From an uncultured Chloroflexia bacterium (GTDB lineage Bacteria > Chloroflexota > Limnocylindria > Limnocylindrales > CSP1-4): a DNA stretch of 64,000 nucleotides. The position numbers were made by a program, and so were the translations under genes. The DNA is taken from assembly GCA_963766735.1 (NCBI GenBank), contig CAVYBU010000006.1:128001-192000 (forward strand), read 5' to 3'. The notes beneath the pieces were generated by a model. It did not search any database, was not told the origin of the DNA, and saw only the letters and a program-made list of their open reading frames with translations. Each line of letters starts with the position of its first letter. Position 1 is the stretch's first letter. Shown here one piece after another: positions 21,682-31,732 of this stretch.

Positions 21682-22914
21682 ATGACGATGGGCAGCGCAT
21701 CCCGCCCCAACCCGCTCGGGTTCCTGGACGAGGACCTGGCCGCCATGCGGGAGCGGCACCTGTACCGGCCATTGCGGATCATGTCGTCCGCGCAGGGCCC
21801 GATCGTCTCCCTCGACGACCGCCGGGTCATCAGCCTCTCATCCAACGACTACCTGGGCCTCACGCACCACCCGCGCATGAAGAAGGCGGCCATCGAGGCC
21901 GTCGAGCGGTACGGGGCGGGGTCGGGGGCCGTGCGCACGATCGCGGGAACGATGACCCTCCACGAGGCCCTGGAGGCGGATCTCGCCGTGTTCAAGCACA
22001 CCGAGGCCGTCCTGACCTTCCAGTCCGGCTTCACGACCAACACGGGCGTCATCCCCACGATCACCGGTGAGACGGACCTGATCGTCTCCGACGAGCTCAA
22101 CCACGCCAGCATCATCGACGGCATGCGCCTGTCGAAGGCGCCGCGCAGGATCTTCCCGCACGCGGACGTGGACTCGCTGCGCGAGGTGCTGCGCGAGGCC
22201 CGGGCGAAGGGCCGTGACGGCGGCGGCAGCCCCCACCGCCTGATCCTCGTGGTGACCGACGGCGTGTTCAGCATGGACGGCGACATCGCGCCGCTGCCCG
22301 GCATCGTGGAGGCAGCCGAGGCATATGGCGCGGCGGTCATGGTCGATGACGCCCACGCATCCGGCGTCCTGGGCAGGGACGGGCGCGGTACGGTCAGCCA
22401 CTTCGGCCTCGAGGGACGGGTGGCAATCCAGGTCGGCACGATGTCCAAGGCGGTGGGCGTCCTGGGCGGGTACGTGGCGGGGTCGCAGGCCCTGCGCGAC
22501 GTCCTCGTCCAGCGCGCGCGGCCGTTCCTGTTCTCCAACAGCCACCCGCCCGCCGTCGCCGCGGCCTGCCGGGAGGCCATCGCGATCATGCAGGAGGAGC
22601 CGGAGCTGATCGAGCGGCTGTGGACCAACACCCGCCGGTTCAAGGCGGAGCTGGCACGCCTGGGCTTCGACATCGGCCGCAGCGAGACCCCGATCACGCC
22701 GGTGATGCTGGGCGACAGCGAGACCGCGATCCGGTTCTCGGACCGCCTGTTCGCGGAGGGTGTGTTCGGGACGAGCGTGGTGTTCCCAACGGTGGCCCTG
22801 GACCGCGCCCGGATCCGGACGATCGTCACGGCCGCGCACACCGACGACATGCTGGACGAGGCCGTTGCGGCGTTCGATCGGGTCGGCCGCGAACTGGGCG
22901 TGATCGCAGGGTGA
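21682..22914 (+). CDS. kbl: Glycine C-acetyltransferase (2-amino-3-ketobutyrate CoA ligase)
   Basis: SSNDYLGL, DELNHASIIDG, DGVFSMDG, DDAH, GTMSKA; in operon with tdh. Confidence 0.9.
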   Translation: MTMGSASRPNPLGFLDEDLAAMRERHLYRPLRIMSSAQGPIVSLDDRRVISLSSNDYLGLTHHPRMKKAAIEAVERYGAGSGAVRTIAGTMTLHEALEADLAVFKHTEAVLTFQSGFTTNTGVIPTITGETDLIVSDELNHASIIDGMRLSKAPRRIFPHADVDSLREVLREARAKGRDGGGSPHRLILVVTDGVFSMDGDIAPLPGIVEAAEAYGAAVMVDDAHASGVLGRDGRGTVSHFGLEGRVAIQVGTMSKAVGVLGGYVAGSQALRDVLVQRARPFLFSNSHPPAVAAACREAIAIMQEEPELIERLWTNTRRFKAELARLGFDIGRSETPITPVMLGDSETAIRFSDRLFAEGVFGTSVVFPTVALDRARIRTIVTAAHTDDMLDEAVAAFDRVGRELGVIAG

Positions 22915-23855
22915 CCCACCACCGCCAGGGGTTGCCGGACGCCGCGGACACGCGGCCGCGCGCGGAGGTCGAGCGCGACGTGTGGAGGGCGGGCGTGGCC
23001 GCGGGCCTGGGTGGGTCGCGGGACCTGCCGCTCGACTCGCATCTCCATACCGTCCGGTCCCCGGACGCCAACGCGATGCTTGACGCGTACTGTGCGCTGG
23101 CCCTGGAGCGCGGCATCCCGGAGCTGGCGATCACGGATCACGTCGACTTCGACCCCACGATGCCGGCGTACGGGTTCTCGTCCTTCGCCGACCGCGAACG
23201 GGACGTGCGTGAGGCGGCCACGCGCTGGGCTGACAGGGGCCTTGCGATCCGGTTCGGCGTCGAGGTCACGTACGAACGCCGTCTGGAGCACGACATCCGG
23301 GGCTGGCTCGCCCGCCACCCGCACGACTACGTGATCGGCAGCGTCCACATCAGCGAGGTGTCACCGTACAAGGCCTCGAACGTGCGCGCGTTCGTCGCCG
23401 GTCGCTCGCTGGGAGACATCGTGGCGCCGTACTTCGACGAGGTGATCGGCGCGGCGCGATCGGGCCTGTTCGACACGATCGGCCACCTGGACTTCGTCAA
23501 GCGGTACCTGGTCCCGCACGTCATGCCGGCAGACCTCGCCCTGGCGCCCGAGCTGTACGAGCCCGTCCTGGCTGCCCTGGTCGAGACCGGCACCGCCCTC
23601 GAGGTCAACGCCTCGGGGCTGCGACAGCTGCCGCGGGAGACGTACCCGGCAGCGCCGATCGTGGCTCGCTACCGGGAGATGGGCGGGCGGCACGTGACTA
23701 TCGGCTCGGATGCCCACCGAACGGAGTGGTTCGCCTACGGCCTGGCCCAGGCGTATCGTCAGGCTGCGAGCGCCGGGTTCGAGGCTCTCGCGTTCAGGCG
23801 CGGCGGTGAGCGCGTGGCGGTCGCGAACCCCGCATACGGAACTCCACCTACCTGA
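22911..23855 (+). CDS. PHP-domain histidinol-phosphatase (HisJ/HisK family)
   Basis: DSHLHT, ITDH, GVE, GSVH, GHLD, GSDAH; GTGA overlap with kbl. Confidence 0.85.
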   Translation: MTHHRQGLPDAADTRPRAEVERDVWRAGVAAGLGGSRDLPLDSHLHTVRSPDANAMLDAYCALALERGIPELAITDHVDFDPTMPAYGFSSFADRERDVREAATRWADRGLAIRFGVEVTYERRLEHDIRGWLARHPHDYVIGSVHISEVSPYKASNVRAFVAGRSLGDIVAPYFDEVIGAARSGLFDTIGHLDFVKRYLVPHVMPADLALAPELYEPVLAALVETGTALEVNASGLRQLPRETYPAAPIVARYREMGGRHVTIGSDAHRTEWFAYGLAQAYRQAASAGFEALAFRRGGERVAVANPAYGTPPT

Positions 23856-23886
23856 GCCGCCCTAACACCGGGGAGCACGGATCGTT

Positions 23887-24474
23887 ATGACGATCGACGA
23901 CGAGGCGGTCGAACGCCTCGTGGTTGCGGCGAAGGACGGTGATCCCGAGGCATTCGGGTCGCTCTTCGACCACTTCCACGGGCCGGTCTACCGTTACGTC
24001 GCCGCCCGCGTCGGCCGCCCGAGCGACGCGGAGGACCTGGCGCAGCTTGTCTTCGTCAAGGCCCTGGAGGCGCTGCCGCGGTACGAATCGCGGGGCGTCC
24101 CCTTCGGGGGCTGGCTGTTCCGGCTGGCCAGGAATGTCGTCATCGACCATGTCCGGACGCGTCGCGAGCACGCGACGCTCGATCTCATCGTGGAGTGCTC
24201 CGGCAACGATGAGGGACCAGACGATCTGGCGGTGCTCCGCCAGGAAATGGACTGCGTCGCGAGGGCACTGCGAAGGCTGACGCCGGAGCAGCGCGAGGCG
24301 ATCGAGCTGAGGTTCTTCGCGGGACTCTCCGCGAGGGAGGCGGCCGATGCCATGGGCCGGCAGGAGGGCACCGTTCGGGGCCTCCAGTTCCGGGCCATCG
24401 CGGCGCTCCGCCGGGAGCTGGGCGTGGAGCCCGACTCGGACGAGCTGGGCCGGGTCGCCGGGACGACCCGGTGA
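23887..24474 (+). CDS. ECF sigma factor
   Basis: DAEDLAQLVF, WLFRLARN, region 4 LTPEQREAIELRF...GTVRGLQFRA. Confidence 0.93.
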   Translation: MTIDDEAVERLVVAAKDGDPEAFGSLFDHFHGPVYRYVAARVGRPSDAEDLAQLVFVKALEALPRYESRGVPFGGWLFRLARNVVIDHVRTRREHATLDLIVECSGNDEGPDDLAVLRQEMDCVARALRRLTPEQREAIELRFFAGLSAREAADAMGRQEGTVRGLQFRAIAALRRELGVEPDSDELGRVAGTTR

Positions 24475-25415
24475 ACGAGGACGAGATGCAGGCACTTGAG
24501 CCGCAGGCGGGCGAGACGCTCGAGCGGATGCTGGCGCGGTACGCGCGGGTGAGGCTGGACCCCACCCCCGCCGCGGCTCGGCGCGCCCGCGCGGCCGTGA
24601 TGGAGGAGGCCTGGCGCCGCCGGTTCGAGCTGCCGTCCGGAGCCGGGGCCGATCCGTCCGGATCTCGGGCTGCGTCCGCCGTGATCGCCCCGGTCGCCAG
24701 AGCCCGCCGTTGGCCGTTCGCCGGCTGGGGCGCGCGCCGAGTCTCGAGCGCCGTCTCCGCCGCCGTCCTCGCGGGCATGCTCCTGGGAACGACAGCCTTT
24801 GCGACGTCGCGGGCCGGCGGCCCCCTCTACGAGACACGGCTGGCCGTCGAGGAGCTCACGCTGCCCTCGGACCCCGCCTCGCACGTCGAGGCGGAGATCG
24901 CCATGGCGCAGGCGCGCATCGCCGAGATCGTCGAGGCGTCCAGCCGGGACGATGCGGGGGCCCTTGCGGCGGCGCTGGCGGCCTACGAGCACACCGCCGA
25001 GACCCTGGGCGTCACCACCGGCCCTCCGGCCAGGCGAGCCCTGGAGGCGGTTGCCTCGCACCAGGCCGTGCTCCAGCGCGTCGCCGGCGCAGCGCCCGCG
25101 CAGGCTCGTAGCGGCCTCGATCGTGCGCTCGCCGCCAGCGGCAAGGTGATCGACAGGCTCTCGGCCGCGGGTGGCGGGTCGCCCGGCGCCGGGTCGCCCG
25201 GTGGCGCCCCGAACGCGGGCGGCGGCACCGGCGGGAATGGGAACGGAAACGGGAAAGGCCCGGGCAACGGGAATGGTCCTGGGGTCACCGCGACGTCGGA
25301 GCCCGGCCCGACGGACAAGCCCGGTCGCACGCCGCGTCCGCGCCCGGTGAAGGAACCCGTCGACCAGGGCGGCAAGCGCGGAGCCACCCCCTCGCCTGCG
25401 ATCGGCAAGCCCTGA
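24471..25415 (+). CDS. Putative anti-sigma factor (DUF5667-like)
   Basis: Coupled to the ECF gene; TM followed by SRAGGPLYETRLAVEE; Gly/Asn/Pro-rich tail. Confidence 0.7.
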   Translation: MNEDEMQALEPQAGETLERMLARYARVRLDPTPAAARRARAAVMEEAWRRRFELPSGAGADPSGSRAASAVIAPVARARRWPFAGWGARRVSSAVSAAVLAGMLLGTTAFATSRAGGPLYETRLAVEELTLPSDPASHVEAEIAMAQARIAEIVEASSRDDAGALAAALAAYEHTAETLGVTTGPPARRALEAVASHQAVLQRVAGAAPAQARSGLDRALAASGKVIDRLSAAGGGSPGAGSPGGAPNAGGGTGGNGNGNGKGPGNGNGPGVTATSEPGPTDKPGRTPRPRPVKEPVDQGGKRGATPSPAIGKP

Positions 25416-25464
25416 ACAGGATCCCTCCGGCACGCTACCCTGCTCCGACTATGAGGAGCACGCA

Positions 25465-26208
25465 ATGCGACTGACGGTGCTGGGCGCCGGCCCCGCCTAC
25501 ACCGACCGGGATGGAGCCACGGGTGCGTGCTACCTGGTCACCGAGGGTGACACCAACCTGCTGCTCGACCTTGGGCAGGGGTCGTTCACGCGGATCTTCC
25601 GCCATCTGGCGCCCGAGAACCTCACGGCAATCGTGGTGAGTCATCTCCACCCGGATCACATGGTGGATCTCGTCCCGATGCGGCACTACCTGCGCTACGA
25701 GTTCGAGCCGCCGCGCAGGATGCGGGTGCTGGGCCCGGGAGCCTTGGCGGAACGCCTGGATGCGCTGCACGCTGAACCGGGCTTCACGGCCGAAGCGCTG
25801 GACGTCGAACGCCTCGGGGAGGGCGCCAGCAGCATCGGGGCGCTCAGCCTGGAGACTCGCCTGGTCACCCACACCGACGAGAGCTACGGGATCCGCGTTG
25901 CCGGCGACGAGGGGCCGGGGCTCGTCTACAGCGGGGACTGCGGCCGCGCCGAGGACCTGATGCCGCTCGTGCGGCCGGGGGACACCCTCCTCGCCGAGGT
26001 CTCGTTCGGAGCGGGGCCCGTCCCGCCCGGCGTGCTCCACCTGGACGGGCCCGCGGTCGGACGCCTCGCGGCTGCGACGGGCGCCGGCCGAGTGCTCCTC
26101 ACGCACCTCCTGATCGGCCGCGATCCATCCGCCACGGTTGCCTCCGTCCGGACCTCCTTCGATGGACCGGTGGAGATGGTCTGGCCGGGGAGCCGGATCG
26201 AGCTCTGA
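25465..26208 (+). CDS. MBL-fold metallo-hydrolase (RNase Z/YhfI-like)
   Basis: SHLHPDH, YSGD, LTH motifs. Confidence 0.9.
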   Translation: MRLTVLGAGPAYTDRDGATGACYLVTEGDTNLLLDLGQGSFTRIFRHLAPENLTAIVVSHLHPDHMVDLVPMRHYLRYEFEPPRRMRVLGPGALAERLDALHAEPGFTAEALDVERLGEGASSIGALSLETRLVTHTDESYGIRVAGDEGPGLVYSGDCGRAEDLMPLVRPGDTLLAEVSFGAGPVPPGVLHLDGPAVGRLAAATGAGRVLLTHLLIGRDPSATVASVRTSFDGPVEMVWPGSRIEL

Positions 26209-26246
26209 GACTCCCGCACGCAGCGGCCGGGGCCAGCACACAAAGA

Positions 26247-26284
26247 GAACCGGCCGGGGGGCAGATGCCCGACCCGGCCGGTTC
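26247..26284. terminator. Hairpin between convergent genes
   Basis: GAACCGGCCGGG...CCCGGCCGGTTC inverted repeat. Confidence 0.6.
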
Positions 26285-26326
26285 GATCGTGTGGTCCGGC
26301 GCCGCGCGGCGCCGGCTATGCAGGTG

Positions 26327-27334
26327 CTAGCGCTTGCGCGGCGCCTTGGCAGGCGTCGCCGGCGTCAGCAGGAGGACCGTGGCCAGCAGGCCGGCCATGG
26401 CGATCAGGAGCAGCTGCCAGGAGTTGCCTGACGGGCTCGAGCCACCGGAGATCGCGCCGGTGTCGGTCGGGGGAAGGGTGGGGTCCGGCGTGCCGGTCTC
26501 GGCCTCGACCGAGCCGCTGGGCGTCGGAGGCGGCGTCGGGGTCGGCGTGATCACCGGCTCGGGCGTCGGTCGGCGTCGGCGTCGGCGTCGGCGGGGGGTC
26601 GGCGTCGGCGTGGGGGTCGGCGTCGGCGTGGGGGTCGGCGTCGGCGTGGGGGTCGGCGTCGGCGTGGGGGTCGGCGTCGGCGTGGGGGTCGGCGTCGGCG
26701 TGGGGGTCGGCGTCGGCGTGGGGGTCGGCGTCGGCGTGGGGGTCGGCGTCGGCGTGGGGGTCGGCGTCGGCGTGGGGGTCGGCGTCGGCGTGGGGGTCGG
26801 CGTCGGCGTGGGGGTCGGCGTCGGCGTGGGGGTCGGCGTCGGCGTGGGGGTCGGCGTCGGCGTGGGGGTCGGCGTCGGCGTGGGGGTCGGCGTCGGCTCA
26901 ACGTCGTAGCAGAACGAGATGTGGCTGATCCCGTTGCCGTTGCCCGCCTGCGGTCCGAGGTTCGTATCGGACGTCGCCTCGGGGTCGTACACGTACAGGT
27001 TGTGCTTGTCACTGCCGGCCTTCACGAACACGGCGTCCACGCCAATGTTCGATGCCCAGTCGAAGCTGCCGGGAGTGCCGCTAGATGAGTTCACGTAGTT
27101 GGAGATCGTGACGGTCAGCGTCCCGTCGGTCACGGTGCCGTTGCCGAGATCTCCGCCTTCCACCTTGAGCTGGGTCCAGCCGGCGTTGAAGTCGTCGCAG
27201 TCGGGATTGCCCGCGTTGACAGGCGTTGGCGCGACGCTGGCGGCTGCGGCACCCGATGGTGCGATAAGCGCCGCGCCGAGCATCGCGGCGACCGCCAACC
27301 AGCCGGCCTTTCGAGTGATCCCCGTGAGTTTCAT
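26327..27334 (-). CDS. Secreted surface protein with long Pro-Thr linker and C-terminal LPPTDT-TM-basic anchor
   Basis: Signal peptide MKLTGITRK...AAA; small domain with VFVKAG and ISHISFCY; (PT)~50; TLPPTDT, hydrophobic helix, KAPRKR. Confidence 0.85.
   Translation of the reverse strand: MKLTGITRKAGWLAVAAMLGAALIAPSGAAAASVAPTPVNAGNPDCDDFNAGWTQLKVEGGDLGNGTVTDGTLTVTISNYVNSSSGTPGSFDWASNIGVDAVFVKAGSDKHNLYVYDPEATSDTNLGPQAGNGNGISHISFCYDVEPTPTPTPTPTPTPTPTPTPTPTPTPTPTPTPTPTPTPTPTPTPTPTPTPTPTPTPTPTPTPTPTPTPTPTPTPTPTPTPTPTPTPTPTPTPTPTPTPTPTPRRRRRRRRPTPEPVITPTPTPPPTPSGSVEAETGTPDPTLPPTDTGAISGGSSPSGNSWQLLLIAMAGLLATVLLLTPATPAKAPRKR
26594..26897. repeat. 18-bp tandem repeat (GGGGGTCGGCGTCGGCGT) x16 plus partial copy, coding poly-(Pro-Thr)
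   Basis: Read directly; identical units. Confidence 0.95.
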
Positions 27335-27583
27335 ATGCGGTCCCCTGTGCGGCCTGAGCGGCATTCGCCGCGAATGAGAGCCGGGCGATGAGTTGGATCA
27401 TCGGCCGCTGCCTGATCGATGCGCCAATCCTGACGGAAGGTTCGGTGCGAGTCCAGTACTGATTCTCTATCGATAACCGCCTATAACGGCACCCAACCGC
27501 AACGCGGTCTGCGGTTCCGTTGCCCATCAGCAACGCCGGGTCCCGGTACCAATGGCCGAACGCGCTTCCGCGGGAGGAAGCGA

Positions 27584-27613
27584 ACGGGACGCACCCAGGC
27601 TGGTGCGTCCCGT
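27584..27613 (-). terminator. Hairpin downstream of adhesin-like gene
   Basis: ACGGGACGCACC-CAGGCT-GGTGCGTCCCGT inverted repeat followed by TCGCTTC on the minus strand. Confidence 0.55.
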
Positions 27614-27689
27614 CCTGGTCTCGGGGACCCGAGGTGAGGCGACGGATCAAGCAGGGCCGGCCGGAGACCGACCCTGGCTCAGCGGAGCG

Positions 27690-29428
27690 TCAGCTCCGAT
27701 TGTTCCGCCGGCGAGCCCGCGCCGGGGCCGGGACGAGATACCCGGCGGTCAGCATGAGCCCGGCAAGGGAGATCAGGATGAAGAGCAGGCCGTTGCCAGC
27801 CGTGCCGGTGGTGCCGCCATCAACGGTGGACGTCGGCGGCAAGGTCAGGTCCTCGACCGTCCCGGAGGGTGTCGGGGTCGGGGTGACCTCGGGCTCCGGG
27901 ACACGGATGACGGCGTCATCCGTGTCGCTGACCTTGCCCTCGGGGTCGAGGACCGGCTGGCCGTGACCGTGGCGATGTTGACCCGGAGGCCGATGCCCAC
28001 GGGCAGCGTCGCGGAACAGGTCATCGCCTCGCCGGCGGCGAGGGTGGTCTTCGGGCAGATGATGGCGATGTCATCGGACGTGTCGCCCTGGCCGGCGAGG
28101 ATCGGGCTGTTGTCGGCGGTCTTGCTGATCGTCACGTCGGGCGTCACGACGTTGACGGTGGAGTCATCGTCGCGCTCGGCGCCGATGCACGGGCCCTCGG
28201 TGATCTCGGCCACGTTCGTGTAGCTGCCGGCGGGGTTCCGTCGGCGATGCCGAGGAGGATGTAGCCGGCGCGCGGATCCAGGTCGTTCGCGTCGCCGTCG
28301 GTGATCGTCAGGGTGGAGTTCGCCGGGGCTCCCAGGAGCGGGTTCGGCGCGATCTCAAAGGTGGCACCGGCGAGGTGCTTGCCGTCCTTGTCGACCTTCT
28401 CGATGCGGATCTGGGCGCAGGTGTTGACCGTCAGCGGGAAGGGCTGGCTGGCGTCCTTGAGCGCCGACGTGGACGGCGAGCCGCCGGTCCGGCTGCGGAT
28501 GGAGCCCTGGCCGAAGTTGAGGCAGGTCACGGGCAGGCCGAGGGAGGCGATGTTGACCGAGGCCTCGGCCCACGCAAAGGCCGGCACGTGTAGGTCGCCG
28601 AGGGGAAGGCGACGTTGGCAGCGTCGGAAGTTGGTCGCCGAACGGACGGCGTTCGCCACATTCGCGTCGCTGATCTTGCTGAAGGTCACCTTCTGCCCGG
28701 TGTTGAACGCCTGCTACCGCGCTAACGCGGTAGAGGGTGACCTCGGGGTTCGAGCCGCCGTTGGCATACTCGAGGGAGATGAGGATGTCGTTGATGCTCC
28801 GGTCGGGCTTCGAGACGCCGGGGGCACCCGGGAAGACCTTGAAGGGCTTCTGGTTCAGCTCGAAGTCGACGACCATCGTCCCGGTGGTGTCGATACGCTC
28901 GGCACCGAGGAAGACGTACGGATTGCCGCCGGAGACCTTGACGCCCGCCATCACGTGGCGGTAGTCGGTCTTGTCGTTGGGGCCGGAGTTGTTGAAGTAG
29001 CCCCAGTCGGTGGTGTCGAACTCCTTGTTCCCACCCACGTAGGCGCTGGTGTCCGGCGCGACGTCGCCGGGGACGCTCGCCTTGTCGACCGCGTCGCGGA
29101 AGAGAAACGACTCCGGCGGGCTCGCCGGGTCAACGAGGCCATTGATCCCGTTGCCGTCCAGCCAATCCTGGGCATTGGTCAGGCCGCTGTACAGGCCGGC
29201 CGGGATGTTGCCCGGGTTGCTGGCGGCGTTGCCGGACTTCAGGTCGCCGTCGACCTCGAAGCCCGCCACCGTGCCCGCCAGCAGGCCGCTGGCGGCGATG
29301 ACGGGCGCTGGTGCGGCCGCGACCACGTACTGCAGCAGCATCGAGCACAGAAGGACCGCCGTCCAGAGGAGCACAAGGCCTCTCCTGGCACCGGCGCCCA
29401 AGGCGTACATGGATCCCCGAGACTTCAT
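27690..29428 (-). pseudogene. Frameshifted/decayed surface adhesin-like gene (SpaA/CnaB- and DUF11-like Ig fragments, LPPTST anchor)
   Basis: GGGGAGG SD and ATG 29428; signal/TM; coding continues across several frames: IRIEKVDKDGKHLAGATFEI, VTISKTAD, CPKTTLAAGEAMTC; ends TLPPTST-TM-ARARRRNNRS* at 27690. Confidence 0.72.
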
Positions 29429-29569
29429 GATCCCCGACCTCCCCGTGTGTTGGGACGCGAAACTGGCGATACCGCCAATCTCCTTTGGTTCGACTGCCGG
29501 CCATGAGGGCCGGTGATAAGTCCTGGCGGGACCGCTCCCTGGTGACAGAGGGCGGTACCGTCGCCGCAC

Positions 29570-29619
29570 GGTACTGCTCGAGGGCCGAAATAGGTACTGC
29601 TCAGGACTGCACCGGACTG
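29570..29619. promoter_or_regulatory. Phased direct repeats, putative transcription-factor site
   Basis: G(T/G)ACTG at 29594, 29604 and 29614 (10-bp period) plus 29571; GGTACTGCTC repeated at 29570 and 29593. Confidence 0.5.
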
Positions 29620-29726
29620 ACAGGCGAGCGGCGGCCGCCTCGTGACATGCGGACCGCGACACAGGAAGTGGTGCGGTCTCGCAACGATCGTCCTGGTACC
29701 AAGGGCGCATCCGCGGACCCGCTACG

Positions 29727-31462
29727 ATGACCGTCGCGACCCCCGCAAGCACCCAGGAGATGTCCGTGCCCAGCCCCGCCGATCCCACCGCACTGCGCGC
29801 CTCCATCCGTGCCCGGGTCCGCGCCGCGGTGGATCGGGCGTGGGCCGACTCGGTGGCGGCCGGGCGCCTGCCCGCGCTCGAGGACGGAGCCGTCGTGCCG
29901 GTCGTGGAGATCGAGCGACCGGGGAACCCTGCGTTTGGCGATTTCGCCACGAACCTCGCGATGAAGCTGGCGCGGCCGCTCCGCCGGTCCCCGCTGGAGA
30001 TCGCGGAGGCTCTGGCGACCGCGCTGCGGATGGGGACGGCCACTGCGTTGATCGCCTCGGTGGAGGTCGCGAGGCCGGGCTTCCTCAACATCCGCCTCAC
30101 GGACGTCGCCCTGGAGGGCGTCGTCAGCGGGATCCTCGCGGCGCCCACGGCCTGGGGCCGGATCCCGGCGGTCAACCCGCGCCGGGTCAACGTGGAGTTC
30201 GTGTCGGCCAATCCGACCGGGCCGCTCACGGTGGGCAACGCGCGCGGGGCGTTCGTCGGCGACCTCCTGTGCCGGGTGCTGGAGGCGGGCGGCCAGACCG
30301 TCACGCGGGAGTACTACTTCAACGACTCGGGCACGCAGATCGAGCACCTGGGCGCCTCCGTGGCGGCCGTCCGGCGCGGCGAGCCGGTGCCCGAGGACGG
30401 GTACAAGGGCGCGTACGTGGAGGACCTGGCCAGGGCGGTTCCGGCGGACGTCTGGGCGGCCGCCTCCGCACCCGGCGCCGATGTGGCGGATGTCGTCGGC
30501 CGGTGGGCGGCGACCCGCGTCCGGGCAATGATCGAGGCCTCTCTCGCGCGGCTGGGTGTCCGTTTCGACGTCTGGAGGACGGAGGCCTCGCTTCACGAGG
30601 ACGGCTGGGTCGCCCGGGCAGTGGACCGGCTGCGCGAGGCCGGCCACGTCTACGAGCTGGATGGCGCCCTGTGGTTCCGCTCCACGACGTTCGGGGACGA
30701 CAAGGACCGCGTCGTCTACCGCGCGGACGGGCGGCCGACGTACTTCGCGGCCGACATCGGGTACGTGACCGAGAAGTTCAGCCGCGGATTCGACCACCTG
30801 ATCTACATCTGGGGCGTGGACCACCACGGGACGGTCGCCCGCAACCAGAACGCCGCGCAGGCGATGGGCTACGACCGCGAGCACTTCCAGGTGCTGCTGA
30901 TCGGCTGGGTCCGGTTCGTGGTGGAGGGCGTCGAGGTCTCGATGTCCAAGCGGGCCGGGACCTTCGTGACGCTGGACGACCTGCTGGACGCGGTGGGCAC
31001 GGACGCGGCGCGCTGGTTCTTCGCCTCGCGTGCCGCGCACGTGGAGATCGACTTCGACATCGAGCTGGCGCGCAAGCAGTCGGCCGAGAACCCCGTCTAC
31101 TACGTCCAGTACGCCCATGCCCGGATCGCGTCGATCCTGCGCAAGGCGGAGGAGGCGGGGCTGGCTCCCGCGGCGGACGTGGCGGGTCTGCTGGCCGGCG
31201 AGGCGGAGGGCGCCCTGGCCCGCGCGGTGACCCGGTTCCCGGAGGTGGTGGAGGACGCGGTCCTGGCCGAGGAGACGCAGGGCATCACGGCGTACGCGAC
31301 GGAGCTCGCGACGCAGTTCCACGCGTTCTACCGGGATGCGCGGGTCGTGGACGCCACGAGCCGGAGCGATCCGGGAAGCGGCTGGCGCTGGCGCTGGCCG
31401 CCAGGACGACGCTGGCGAACGCGCTCGCGCTGCTGGGGATCTCCGCGCCCGAATCGATGTAG
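29727..31462 (+). CDS. argS: Arginine--tRNA ligase (single-base frameshift near 31355)
   Basis: FGDFATNLA, VEFVSANPTGPL.VGNARG, MSKRAG, NPVYYVQYAHAR; C-terminal LALLGISAPESM is in a different frame. Confidence 0.93.
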
Positions 31463-31486
31463 GCCCAGCGCCGGCTGGTGGACCGC

Positions 31487-31705
31487 TCAGCGGTCTCCGT
31501 CCGGAGGTTGCAGCCGCGCCCCCAGGATCGCCTCGATCGACGGCATCTGTGGACCGGCCGGCTCGCCGCATCGCGGGCACGCGAGCACCTGCCCGTCGCC
31601 GGCAGGGCCGGGGCCCGTCATCTGTGCTTCGAGACCGTTCCAGCCGCAGGCGTCGCAGGTCCGCGATCGGTCAGGATCAAGGCCGAGTGCAAGGGGCTCG
31701 TCCAT
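31487..31705 (-). CDS. Small zinc-finger-like protein
   Basis: CDACGW...CPRCG. Confidence 0.55.
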   Translation of the reverse strand: MDEPLALGLDPDRSRTCDACGWNGLEAQMTGPGPAGDGQVLACPRCGEPAGPQMPSIEAILGARLQPPDGDR

Positions 31706-31732
31706 CGGAACGCTCGCGATCTCCGGTGCGAC

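Noticed and set aside
26334-27012. Poly-(Gly-Val) and poly-(Arg-Pro) ORFs, or a CRISPR array, at the 18-bp repeat
   Set aside because: Alternative frames of the Pro-Thr linker; no unique spacers and no cas genes
27335-27560. c-di-GMP riboswitch upstream of the PT-repeat surface protein
   Set aside because: A hairpin is present but the GEMM consensus elements were not recognisable
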